DNA from: the human T2T-CHM13v2.0 reference genome, Homo sapiens
Length of the DNA stretch: 64,000 nucleotides
Direction: 5' to 3' (one strand)
Assembly: GCF_009914755.1 (NCBI RefSeq)
Contig: NC_060939.1
Positions 1-12,900 of the stretch are shown one piece after another. Position 1 is the stretch's first letter. Each line of letters opens with the position of its first letter. The notes under the pieces were generated by a model. That model was not told the DNA's origin. It did not search any database and saw nothing but the letters and a program-made list of their open reading frames with translations. Made by a program: the position numbers and the translations under genes.

Positions 1-3000
1 CCCCACTCCGCTCCATTCCACTGAACTCCACTCTTCTCCATTCCACTGAACTCCACTCCACCCCACTCCACTCCACTTCATTCCTTTCCATTCCATCCCG
101 TTCTATTCCTCACCATTCCAATCCACTCCAGTCCACTCCACTACACTCCAGTCCACTCCATTCCATTCCATTCCGCTGCATTCCATTCCATTCCTTCCTT
201 TCGAGAGTATCACACTCTGTGACCCAGCCTGGAGTACAGTGGCACAATCTCAGCTCACATTTCATTTCTCCATTCCATTCCATTCCATTCCACTCTACTC
301 CACTCCACTCCACTCCAATCCAATCCATGCCACTACACTCCACTCCTCTCCATTCCAGTGCACTCCACACCTGTCCATTCCATCCCATTCCATTCCACTC
401 CTTTCCACTCCACTCCACTCCATTCCAGTCCATTAAACTCCATTCTATTCCATTCCTTTCTTTTGACAGTATCTCACTCTGTCACTCAGGCTGGTGTGCA
501 GTGGCACAATAACAGCTCCCATTTCATTTCATGATTCCATTCCAATCCATTCCATTCCACTCCCATTGCATTCCATTCCATTCCATTCCATTCCAATCCA
601 CTCCATTCCATTCCATTCCATTCCATTCCATTCCATTCCATTCCATTCCATTCCATTCCAATCCATTCCATTCCATTCCATTCCACTGCACTCCACTCCA
701 CTCCAATCAATTCCACTCCACTCCACTTCCATCCATTCCTTTCCATTCCATTCCAATCCCTTCCATTCCACTCCTTTCTTTCAACAGGATCTCCCTCTGT
801 CACACAGGCTGTAGCGCAGTGGCACAATATCAGCACACATTTCTTTTCACCATTCCATTGCATTCCATTCCATTCCATTCCATTCCATTCCACTCCACTC
901 CCCTCCACTCCTTTCCACTCGACTCCACTCCATTCCATTCCACTCTACTCCATTCCACTCCATTTCATTCCATCCCATTCCATTCCATTCCTTTCCACTC
1001 CACTCCACTGCACTGCATTCCATTCCATTCCACGCCATTCCATTCCAATATTTTCTTTTGACAGGATCTCACTCTGTCACCGAGGCTGGAGTGCAGTGGC
1101 ACAATCTCAGCTCACATTTCATTTCACCATTCCATTCCATTCCATTCCAATACATTCCATTCCATTCCATTCATTCCATTCTATTCCATTCCCCTTCATT
1201 CCGTTCCATTCCACTCCACTCCACTCCATTTTGTTCCATTCTACTCCATTCCATTCCATTCCTTTATTTCAAATGGATCTCACACTGTCACACAGACTGG
1301 AGTGCAGTGGCAAGATCTTAGCTCACATTTCATTTTTCCATTCCATTCCATTCCATTCCATTCCATTCCACTCGACTCCACTCCACTCTATTCCATTCCA
1401 CTCCACTCCACTCCACTCCACTCCATTCTATTCCATGAAACACCATTACATTCCACTCCACTCCACTCCATGCCACCCCATTACACTCCACTCCACTCTA
1501 CTCCATTCCACTCCACTCCATTCCGTTACACTCCATTCCACTGCACTCCTCTCCACTCTCCTCCATTTTACTCCACTCCACTCCATTCCATTCCACTCCA
1601 CTCCATTCCATTCCATTCCAACCAATTCCATTCCATTGCACTCCATTCCATTCCAACACATTCCATTCCATTCCTTTCCTTTGACAGGATCTCACTGTGT
1701 CAAAAAAGGCTGTAATACAGTGGCACAATCTCAGCTCACATTTCTTTCACCATTCCATTGCCTTCCATTCCATTCCATTCCATTCCATTCCACTCCACTC
1801 CATTCCACTCCACTCCCCTCTATTAGATTCCATTCCATTCCATTCCATTCCTTTCCATACCATTCCACTCCATTCCACTTCACTCCAATAAACTCCACTC
1901 CACTCCTTTCCATTCCTTCCCATTCCATTTCACTCCATTCCTCTCCACACCACTCCAGTCCACTCCATTCCACTTCACTCCAATAAACCCCACTCCACTC
2001 CTTTCCATTCCTTCCCATTCCATTTCACTCCATTCCTCTCCACACCACTCCAGTCCACTCCATTCCATTCCAATCCATCCCATTCAATTCCACTCCATTC
2101 CACACCACTTCACTACACTCCATTCAATTCCATTCCATTCCATTTTACTCCATTCAATTCCATTCCTTTCTTTCGACAGGATCTCACTGTGTCACACTGG
2201 CTGGAGTGCAGTAGCACTATCTCAGGTCACATTTAATTTCACCATCCATTCCTTTGTATTCCATTGCGTTCCTTTCCATTTCATTCCATTGCATTCCATT
2301 CCATTTCATCCCATTGCATTCCATTCCATTTCATTCCATTGCATTCCATTCCTTTTCATTCCATTGCATTCCATTCCATTGCATTCTATTCAATTCCATT
2401 CCATCCCATTCCATTCCATTTCTGTGAACTCCACTCCACTCCACTCAATTCCATTCCATCCCATTCCATTCCACTCCATTCCACTATAATTCACTCCACT
2501 CCACTCCACTCCATTCCATTCCATTCCATTCAATTCCATTCCATACCATTCCACTCCATTCGATTCCACTCCAATAAACTCCACTCCTCTCCACTCCTTT
2601 CTATTCCATCCCATTCCATTTCACTCGATTCCTCTCCACTCCACTCCAGGTCACTCCATTCCATTCTAATCCATCCCACTCAATTCCACTCCATTCCGCT
2701 CCGTTCCACACCGCTTCGCTACACTCCATTCGATTCCATTTCATTCCATTTGACTCCATTCCATTCCATTCCTTTCTTTCGACAGGATCTCACTGTGTCA
2801 CCCTGGTTGGAGTGCAGTGGCACTATCTCAGGTCACATTTAATTTCACCATCCTTTCCTTTGTGTTCCATTGCATTGCATTCCATTCAATTCCATTCCAT
2901 CCTTTTCCATTCCACTTCTGTGAACTACACTCCACTACACTCTGCTGCATTCCATTCCATTCCACTCCACTCCACTCAATTCCATTCAATCCAATTCCAT

Positions 3001-6000
3001 TCCACTCCCTTCCACTATACTCCACTCCATTCCATTCCTCCCCACTCCAGTCCACTCAACTACCCTCCACTCCACTCCTCACCATTCCATTCCATTCCAT
3101 CCCTTTCCATTCCACTCAATTCCACTCCACTCCACTCCACTCAACTAAACTCCACTCCACTCCACTCCATTCCATTCCACTCCATCACTTTCTATTCGAC
3201 TCTATTCCACTCCACTCCACTCCACTGCCTTCCATTCCATTCCATTCCAGTCCATTCCATTCCTTTCTTTCGAGAGGATCTCACACTGTCACCCAGGCTG
3301 GAGTTCGGTGACACAATATCACCTCACATTTCATTTCACCATTGCATTCAATTTCATTCCATTCCATTCCATTCCACTCCACTCCATTCCATTCCATTTC
3401 ATTCCATTCTACTCAACTCCACTCCACTCAATCCCATTCCTTTCCACCCCACTCCACTCCACTCCACTCCATTCCATTTCATTCATTCCATTCCATTCAA
3501 TTTCCCTCCATTCCGTTCCATTCCACTCCACTCCACTCCATTTTATTCCATTCTACTCAATTCCATTCCATGCCTTTATTTCGAATGGATCTCACACTGT
3601 CACACAGACCAGAGTGCAGTGGCGAAATCTTAGCTCACATTTCATTTCACCATTCCATTCCACTCCACTCCATTCAATTCCACTGCACTCCACTCCACTT
3701 CATTCCATTCCATTAAACTCCATTACATTCCACTCCACTCCACTCCACGCCACCCCATCACACTCCACTCAACTCTACTCCATTCCTCTCCACTCCATTC
3801 TGTTACATTCCATTCCACTTCATTCCACTGCACTCTTCTCCACTACACTCCATTCCACTCCACTCCATTCCATTCCACTCCACTCCACTCCATTCCACTC
3901 CACTCCACTCCATTCCACTCCACTCGACTCCAGTCCACTCCACTCCATTCCATTCTACCACATTCCATTCCATTCCTTTATTTCGTTTGGATCTCACTCT
4001 GTCACCCAGACTGAAGTGCAGTGGCACAATCTTAGCTCACATTTTATTTCACCATTCCATTCCATTCCATTCCATCCCATCCCATTCCATTGCACTCCAT
4101 TCCATTCCAACATATTCCATTCCATTCCATTCCATTCTATTCCATTCCATTCCATTCCATTCCATTCTATTCCATTCCATTCCATTCCATTCCATTCCAT
4201 CCCATCCCATTCCTTTCCATCCCATTCCATTGCACTACATTCCATTCCATTCCTTTCCTTTGACAGGATCTCACTGTGTCAAAAAAGGCTGTAATACAGT
4301 GTGACCATCTCAGCTCACATTTCTTTCACCATTCCATTGCATTCCATTCCACTCCACTCCACTCCACTCCCCTCTATTCCATTCCATTCCATTCCATACA
4401 ACTCCACTCCATTCCACTCCATTCCATACAATTCCACTCCATTCCACTCCATTCCATACCATTCCACCCCATTCCACTCCACTCCAATAAATTCCACTGC
4501 ACTCCACTCTACTCCTTTCCATTCCATCCCATTCCATTTCACTCCATTCCTCTCCACTCCACTCCAGTCCACTCCATTTCATTCCAATCCATCCCATTCA
4601 ATTCCACTCCATTCCACTCCTTTCCACTCCACTTCACTACACTCCATTCGATTCCATTCCATTCCATTTCACTCCATTCCATTCCTTTCCTTTCTTTCGA
4701 CAGGATCTCACTGTGTCACACTGGCTGGAGTGCAGCGGCACGATCTCAGTTCTCATTTAATTTCACCATCCATTCCTTTGTATTCCATTGAATTCCATTC
4801 CATTTCATTCCATTACATTCCATTCCATTTCATTCCATTGCATTCCATTCCTTTGCATTGCATTCCATTGCATTCCATTCCATTACATTCCATTCAATTC
4901 CATTCCATCCCATTCCATTCCACTTCTGTGAACTCCACACCACTCCACTCCACTGCATTCCATTCCATTACATTACATTCCACTGCACTCCACTCCACTC
5001 AATTCCATTCCATCCCATTCCATTCCACTGTACTCCACTCCACTCCAATAAATTCCATTCCATTCCATTCCTCCCCACTCCACTCCACTAAACTCCCCTC
5101 CACTCCACTCCTCAGCATTGCATTCCATTCCATCCCTTTCCATTCCACTCAATTCCACTCCAACCCACTCCACTAAACTCCACTCCACTCCATTCCATTC
5201 CACTCCATCACATTCCTTTCCACTCTTTTCCACTCTTTTCCACTCCACTGCATTCCATTCCATTCCGTTCCATTCCATTCCATTCCACTCCATTCCATTC
5301 CATTCCTTTCTTTTGAGAGGATCTCACTCTGTCACACAGGCTGGAGTTCGGTGGCACAATATCACCTCACATTTCATTTCACCACTGCATTCAATTTCAT
5401 TCCATTCCATTCCATTCTACTCCACTCCATTCAACTCCACTCCACTGCATTTCATTCCATTCTACTCCACTCCACTCCACTCCATCCCATTCCTTTCCAC
5501 CCCACTCCACTCTACTTCATTCCACTCCATTCCATTCCATTCCATTCATTCCATTCCATTGGATTTCATTCCCCTCCATTCCGTTCCATTCCACTCCACT
5601 CCACTCCACTTCAATCCCCTCCACTCCATTTTATTCCATTCTACTCCATTCCATTCCATTCCTTTATTTCGAATGGATCTCACACTGTCACACAGACTGG
5701 AGGGCAGTGGCAAAATCTTAGCTCACATTTCATTGCTCCATTCCATTCTATTCCATTCCATTATATTCCACTGCATTCCACTCCATTGTATTTCACTCAA
5801 CTCCACTCCACTCCATTCCATTCCATGAAACTCCATTACATTCCACTCCACTCCACTCCACGCCATCCCATTACACTCTACTCCACTCCACCCTACTCCA
5901 TTCTACTCCACTCCATTCCGTTACACTCCATTCCACTGTATTCCACTCCATTCCCCTGCACTTCTCTCCTCTCCACTCCATTCCACTCCACTCCATTCCA

Positions 6001-9000
6001 TTCCTCTCCACTCCATTACATTCCACTCCATTCCATTCAATTCCACTCTACTCCTCTCCATTCTATTCCACTCCACTCCACTCCAGTCCACTCCACTCCA
6101 TTCCATTCTACCACATTCCATTCCGTTCCTTTATTTCGACTGGATCTCACTCTGTCACCCAGACTGTAGTGTAGTGGCACAATCTTAGCTCACATTTTAT
6201 TTCACCATTCCATTCCATTCCATTCCATTCCATTCCATTCCGTCCCATTCCATTGCACTCCATTCCATTCCAACACATTCCATTCCATTCCTTCCCTTTG
6301 ACAGGATCTCACTGTGTCAAAAAAGGCTGTAATAATGTGGCACAATCTCAGCTCACATTTCTTTCACCATTCAATTGCATTCCATTCCATTTCATTTCAT
6401 TCCATTACACTCCACTAATTTCCACTCCACTCTACTCCCCTCTTTTCCATTCCATTCCATTCCATTCCAATCCATTCCATACCATACCATTCCACTCCAT
6501 TCCACTCCACTCCAATAAACTCCACTCCACTCCACTGCACTCCTTTCCATTCCATCCCATTCCATTTCACTCCATTCCTCTCCACTCCAATCCAGTCTAC
6601 TCCATTTCCTTCCAATCCATCCCATTCAATTCCACTCCATTCCACTCCTTTCCACTCCACTTCACACCACTCCATTCGATTCCATTCCATTCCATTTAAC
6701 TCCATTCCATTCCATTCCTTTCTTTTGACAGGATCTCACTGTGTCACCCCGGCTGGAGTGCAGTGGCACTATCTTAGCTCACATTTAATTTCACCATTCA
6801 TTCCTTTGTATTCCAATGCATTCCATTCCATTTCATTCCATTGCATTCCATTCCATTTCATTCCATTGCATTCCATTCCATTTCATTCCATTGCATTCCA
6901 TTCCATTTCATTCCATTGCATTCCATTGCATTCCATTCCATTGCATTCCATTGCATTTCATTCCATTCAATTTCATTCCATCCCATTCCATTCCACTTCT
7001 GTGAACTCCACTCCCCTCCACTCCACTCAATTCCATTCCATCCCATTCCATTCCACTCCATTCCTCTATACTACACTCCACTCCACTCCCTTCCATTCCG
7101 TTCCATTCCTCCCCACTCCACTCCACTCAACTGCCCTCCACTCCACTCCTCACCATTCCATTCCATTCCATCCCTTTCCATTCCACTCAATTCCACTGCA
7201 CTCGACTCCCCTCCACTAAACTCCACTCCACTCCATTCCACTCCATCACATTCCGTTGTACCCTATTCCACTCCACTGCACTGCATTCCAATCCATTCCA
7301 TTCCACTCGATTCCATTCCATTCTTTCTTTCAAGAGCATCTTACTCTGTCACCCAGGCTGGAGTGCAGTGGCACAATATCAACTCACATTTCATTTCACC
7401 ATTGAATTCAATTTCATTCCATTCCATTCCATTCCACTCCACTCCATTCCAATCCACTCCACTCCATCCCACTCCACTCCACTCCATCCCATTCCTTTCC
7501 ACCCTACTCCACTCCACTCCATTCCATTCCATTCCAATCCATTCCATCCCATTCCATTCCACTCCCTTCCACTCCACTCCAGTCCACTCCATTCCAATCC
7601 ATTCCATCCCATTCCATTCCACTCCCTTCCACTCCACTCCAGTCCACTACACTCCATTCCATCCCATCCCATTGCATTCCACTCTATTCCTCTCCACCCC
7701 ACTCCATTCCATTTCATTCCATTCCATTCCATTCCATACCATTCCATTCCATTCCACTCCAATCCGTTCCATTCCTTTCTTTCGATTGGATCTCACTCTC
7801 TCACCCAGGATGGAGTGCACTGGCACAATCTCAGCTCAGATTTCATTTGACCATTCTATTCCATTCCATTCCATTTTATTCCATTCCATTCCATTCCACT
7901 CCTCTCCACTCCACTCCATTCCACTCCACTCCATTCCATTCCATTTCACTCTACTCCACTCCACTCCACTCCACTCCATTCCACTCCATCCCATTATATT
8001 CCAGTCCATCCCATTCCACTCCATCCTATCTCTTTCCATTCCGCTCCATTCCACTCCATTCCACTCCACTGCATTATCCTCCATTCCATTCCACTCCATT
8101 CCATTCCATTCCTTTCTGTCAAAGGAATGGAATGGAATCCATGGGATTCATCCTGGAGGATGGAGTGAAGTGCCGTAATCTCAGCTATCATTTCATTTCA
8201 CGATTCCATTCCATTCCATTCCATTCTATTCCATTCCTTTCCCTTCAATTCCATTCCATTCTATTCCATCCTTTCCCATTCCAATCCATTCCACTCCACT
8301 ACAATGCACTCCTCTGCAATCCATTACATTCCCCTCCATTCCATTCCATTGCACTCCATTGCACTCCACTCCACTCCATTCCACTCGACTCCATTCCATT
8401 CCATTCCTTGAATTCCACTCAATTCCATTCCACTCCACTCCACACCACTCCTCTCCACTCCTTTACATTCCACTCCATCACATTCCATTCCACTCCATTC
8501 CACTCAACTGCACTCAAATCCGGTCCACTCCACTCCACACCACTCCACTCCACTCCAGTCCACTCCACTCCACTCCATTCCATTCCACTCCATTCAATTC
8601 CATTCCTTTCTTTTGACAGGTTCTCACTCTGTCACCCAGGGTCTGGTGCAGTGGCACTATCTCAGCTCACATTTCATTTCCCATTCCATTCCATTGCATT
8701 CCATTCAATTGCATTCCATTCCATTATATTTCTTTCAATTCCATTCCATCCCATTCCATTCCACTCCTATGCACTCCAATCCACTCCACTCCATTGCTCT
8801 CCATTCCATTCCTTTCAATTCCATTCCAATCCACCCCACTCCATTCCGCTCCACTCCATTCCATTCCATCCCATCCCATTCCACTATACTGCACTCCACT
8901 CGACTGCACTCCACTCCACTCCACTTCATTCCATTCCATTCCACTCCTTTCCTTCGACAGGATCTCACTCTGTAACCCAGGCTGGAGTGCATTGGCACAA

Positions 9001-9985
9001 TCTCAGCTCATATTTCATTTCATCATTCCATTCTATTCCATTCCTTTCCTTTCCATTCCATTCAATTCCATTCCATGCCACCCCAATCCACTCTACTCCA
9101 CTCCACTTCATTCCATTCCATTTCATTCCACTCTGCTCCACTCTTCGTCACCAAAATCCACTCCACTCCATTCCATTTCATCCAATAGCATTCCTTTCCA
9201 CTCCTCGTCCCTTCTCTCCACTCCACTCCCCTCCACTCCCCTCCACTTCATTCCATTCGATTCCATCCCATTCCATTCAATTCCACTCCACTCCACTCCT
9301 CCCCATTCCATTCCATTCCATTCCATTCCATTCCATTTTATTCCATTCCATTCCTTTCCACTCCACCCTATTCCTTTCCATTCCTTACATTCGACAGGAT
9401 CTCACTCTGTCACCGAGTCTGGAGTGCAGTGGCAGAATCTCAGCTCACATTTCATTTCACTATTTCATTCCATCCCATTCCTTTCCATTCCATTCCATTC
9501 CACTCCATTCCCCTCCACTCCACTCCATTCCCCTCCACTCCACTCCATTCCCCTCCACTCCACTCCCCTCCATTCCATTCCATTCCATTCCATTCCACTC
9601 CACTCCAATCCGTTCCACTCCACTCCACTCCACTCCATTCCAGTACATTCCATTCCATTCCATTCCATTCCGTTCGTTTCCACTTCACCCCTCTCCACTG
9701 CACTCTACTCCACTTCATTCCATTCCATTCCACTACATTCCATTCCAGTCCACTCCTTTCATCTCCACTCCACTTCATTCCATTCCATCGCATTCCATTC
9801 CACTCCATACCACTCCACTCCACTCTGCTATACTCCACTGAATTCCATTCCATTCCTTTCTTTTGACAGCATCTCACTCTGTCACCCAGGCTGGCATGCA
9901 GTGGCACAAACTAGGCTCACATTTCATTTCACCATTCCATTCCATTCTATTCCATTCCATTCCATTCCATTCCATCCCATTCCAT
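1..9985 (+). repeat. Diverged HSat3-like pentamer satellite (CCATT/CCACT) with ~25 interspersed ~60-bp Alu fragments
   Basis: Continuous (CCATT)n/(CCACT)n. Interrupted every ~150-600 bp by ttttgacaggatctcactctgtcacccaggctggagtgcagtggcacaatctcagctcac-like units at ~199, 461, 779, 1056, 1267, 1679, 2171, 2777, 3268, 3579, 3981, 4259, 4695, 5311, 5667, 6134, 6297, 6723, 7328, 7780, 8116 (disrupted), 8611, 8952, 9389 and 9861. Confidence 0.92.
1056..1115 (-). mobile_element. Representative Alu 3'-end fragment (AluJ/FLAM-like, CpG-decayed), one of ~54 copies amplified with the satellite
   Basis: ttttgacaggatctcactctgtcaccgaggctggagtgcagtggcacaatctcagctcac matches the antisense Alu 3' end (gagacagggtctcactctgtcacccaggctggagtgcagtggcgcgatctcggctcac). 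The subfamily is judged by eye. Confidence 0.85.
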
Positions 9986-12900
9986 TCCAGTCGAGTCCAT
10001 TCCATTCCATTCTATTCCGTTCTATTCCATTCCCTTTCAGCCCATTCCATTATAGTCCGTTCCATTCCATTCCATACTATTCCTTTATATTCCATTTCAT
10101 TCCATTCCATTTCATTCCATTCCTTTCGAGTCCATTCTATTCGATTCCATTATATTCCAGTCCATTCCAATCTATTCCATTCCATTCCATTCCATTCAAT
10201 TTCATTCCATTGAATTACATTCCATTCGATTCCATTGCACTCGAGTCCATTCCATTTGTGTGCATTCCGTTCCAGTCCATTATATTGGAGTCCATTCCAT
10301 TCCATTCCATTCCATTGGCTTTCATTTAACTCAATTTCATTCCATTCGAGTCTTTCCATTCCATTCCATTCCATTCCATTCAAAACAGTTCCATTCGGAT
10401 CTGTTCAATTCGATGCCATTCCTTTTGATTCCGTTCCATTAGATTCCATTCCATTTGATTCCATTCCATTCGAGTCCATTCCATTCCATTCCATTCCATT
10501 CCATTCCATTCCATAGGATTCCACTCAATTCCTGTCCTTTCCATTCGAATCCTTTCCAATCCATTCCATTCCATTCAATTCCAATCCATTTTGTTCGATT
10601 CCATTCCGTGCCATTCCATTACATTCGATTCGATTCGATTCCATTCCATTCCATTCCATTTCATTGCATTCCATTCCATTCCATTCCATTCCATCCATTC
10701 CATTCCATTTCATTGCATTCCATTCCATTACATTCCATTCCATCCATTCCATTCTGTTCGAGTCCATTCCATTCCATTCCATGCTATTCCATTCCATTCG
10801 AATCCATTCCATTCCATTCCATTTCGTTGCGTTCTATTCAATAGCATTCCTTTCGATTCCGTTCCATTCGATTCCATTCCATTCCATTCTCTTCGAGTCC
10901 ATTCCATTCCATTCCATGCTATTCCATTCCATTCCATTCCATTCCATTGCATTCCATTCCATTCCAATCCATTCCATTCCATTCGAGTTCTTGCCATTCC
11001 TGTCCATTCCATTTGAGTCCATTCCAATCCACTACATTCCATTTGATTCCATTCCATTGAATTGCATTGCATTCGAGACTGTTCCATTCTAGTCCATTCC
11101 TTTTGATTCCATTCCATTCCATTCCATTCCTTTCGAATCCATTCCTTTCGAGTCCTTTCCATTCTAGTCCATTCCTTTCGAATCCATTCCATTGCAGTCC
11201 TTTCCCTTCCAGTCCATTCCATTCCTTTCCACTCCATTCGCTTCCATTCCATTCGATTCCATTCCATTCCACTGCATTTCATTTTAATCCATTCCATTGG
11301 AGACCATTCCATTTGAGTCCATTCCATTTAAGACCATTCGAGTACATTCCATTTTAATGCATTCCATTCGAGTCCATTCCATTCGAGTCCATTCCATTCG
11401 AGTCCAGTCTGTTCCTGTTCATTGCATTCAATTACTTTCCATTCCATTCCATTGCATTCCATTCCATTCTATTCCATTCCATTCCTTTCCATTCCATTCC
11501 ATTCCCTTCCACTCGAGACCATTCCATTCCAGTCCATTCCGTTCGTGTCCATTCCATTCCTGTCCATTCCATTCGATTCCATCCCATTCGACTCCATTCC
11601 ATTCGATTCCATTCTATTCAAGTGCATTGTATTCGCGGCCATTCCAAAGGAGTCCATTACATTCGAGTCTGATAGATTCCATTCTATTTGATTGCATTCC
11701 ATTCAATTCTTTTCCAATCGATTGCATTCCATTCGAGTCCATTCCAATGGATTTCATTCCATTCAAGTCCATTCCATACGAGTCCATTGCATTCCAGTCC
11801 ATTGCATTCGATTCCATTCCATTCCAGTCCATTACATTTGATTCCATTCCATTCCATTCTACTCCATTCCTTTCCATTCCTTTCCTTTCCTTTCCTTTCC
11901 ATTCCATTTGAGTCCATTCCCTTCGAGTCCGTGCCATTTCATTCTATTATATTCGAATCCATTCCATTCCATTCCATTCCATTCCATTCGAGTCCATTCC
12001 ATTCAAGTTTATTATATTTGAGTCCATTCTTTCCATTCCATTCTACGTGATTCCATTCCATTCCAGTCCATTAAATTCGAATTAATTCCATTCCATTGCA
12101 CTTCATTCCATCTGATTCTATTCCATTCGATTCCATTCCGTTTGATTCCAATCCTTGCCATTCCATGCCATTCGATTCCATTCCATTCCATTCCTTTCCA
12201 TTCCATTCCATTCCATTCCATTCCATTCCATTCCATTCCTTTCCATTCCATTCCATTCCATTCTATTCGAGACCGTTCCATTCAAGTCCTTTCAATTCGT
12301 TCCATTCCACTTTATTCCATTCCTTTTGATTCCATTCTATTCTATTACATTCCATTCGAGTCCATTCCATTTGACTCTATTCCATTTGATTCCAATCCAT
12401 GCGAGTCTATTTTATTGGAGACAGTTCCATTCCAGTCCATCCATTTCGAATCCATTCCATTCCAGTTCAGTCCATTTCATTCCATTCTTTTCCCTTCCAT
12501 TTGAGGCCATTCCCGTCCTTTCCATTCATTGTGATTCCATTCCGTTGAATTCCATTCCATTTGATTCTATTCCATTTGACTCCATTCCATTTGAGTCCAT
12601 TCCATTCCAGTCCATTAATGCGAGTACATTCCATTCCATTCCAGTCCATTCCATCGAGTCCATATCATTCCATTCCATTTCATTCCATTCCATTCCGTTC
12701 CATTCCATTCGATTCCATTCCATTCGATTGCATTCCATTTTATTCCATTCCTTTTGAATCCATTCCATTCCAGTCCATTCCAATCGAGTCCATTCCATTC
12801 GATTCTATTGCATTCCAGTCCATTCCTTTTGATTCCATTCAATTTGATTCCATTCCATTCGAGTCCATTCCATTCGAGTCCCTTCCTTTCGAGTCCATTC

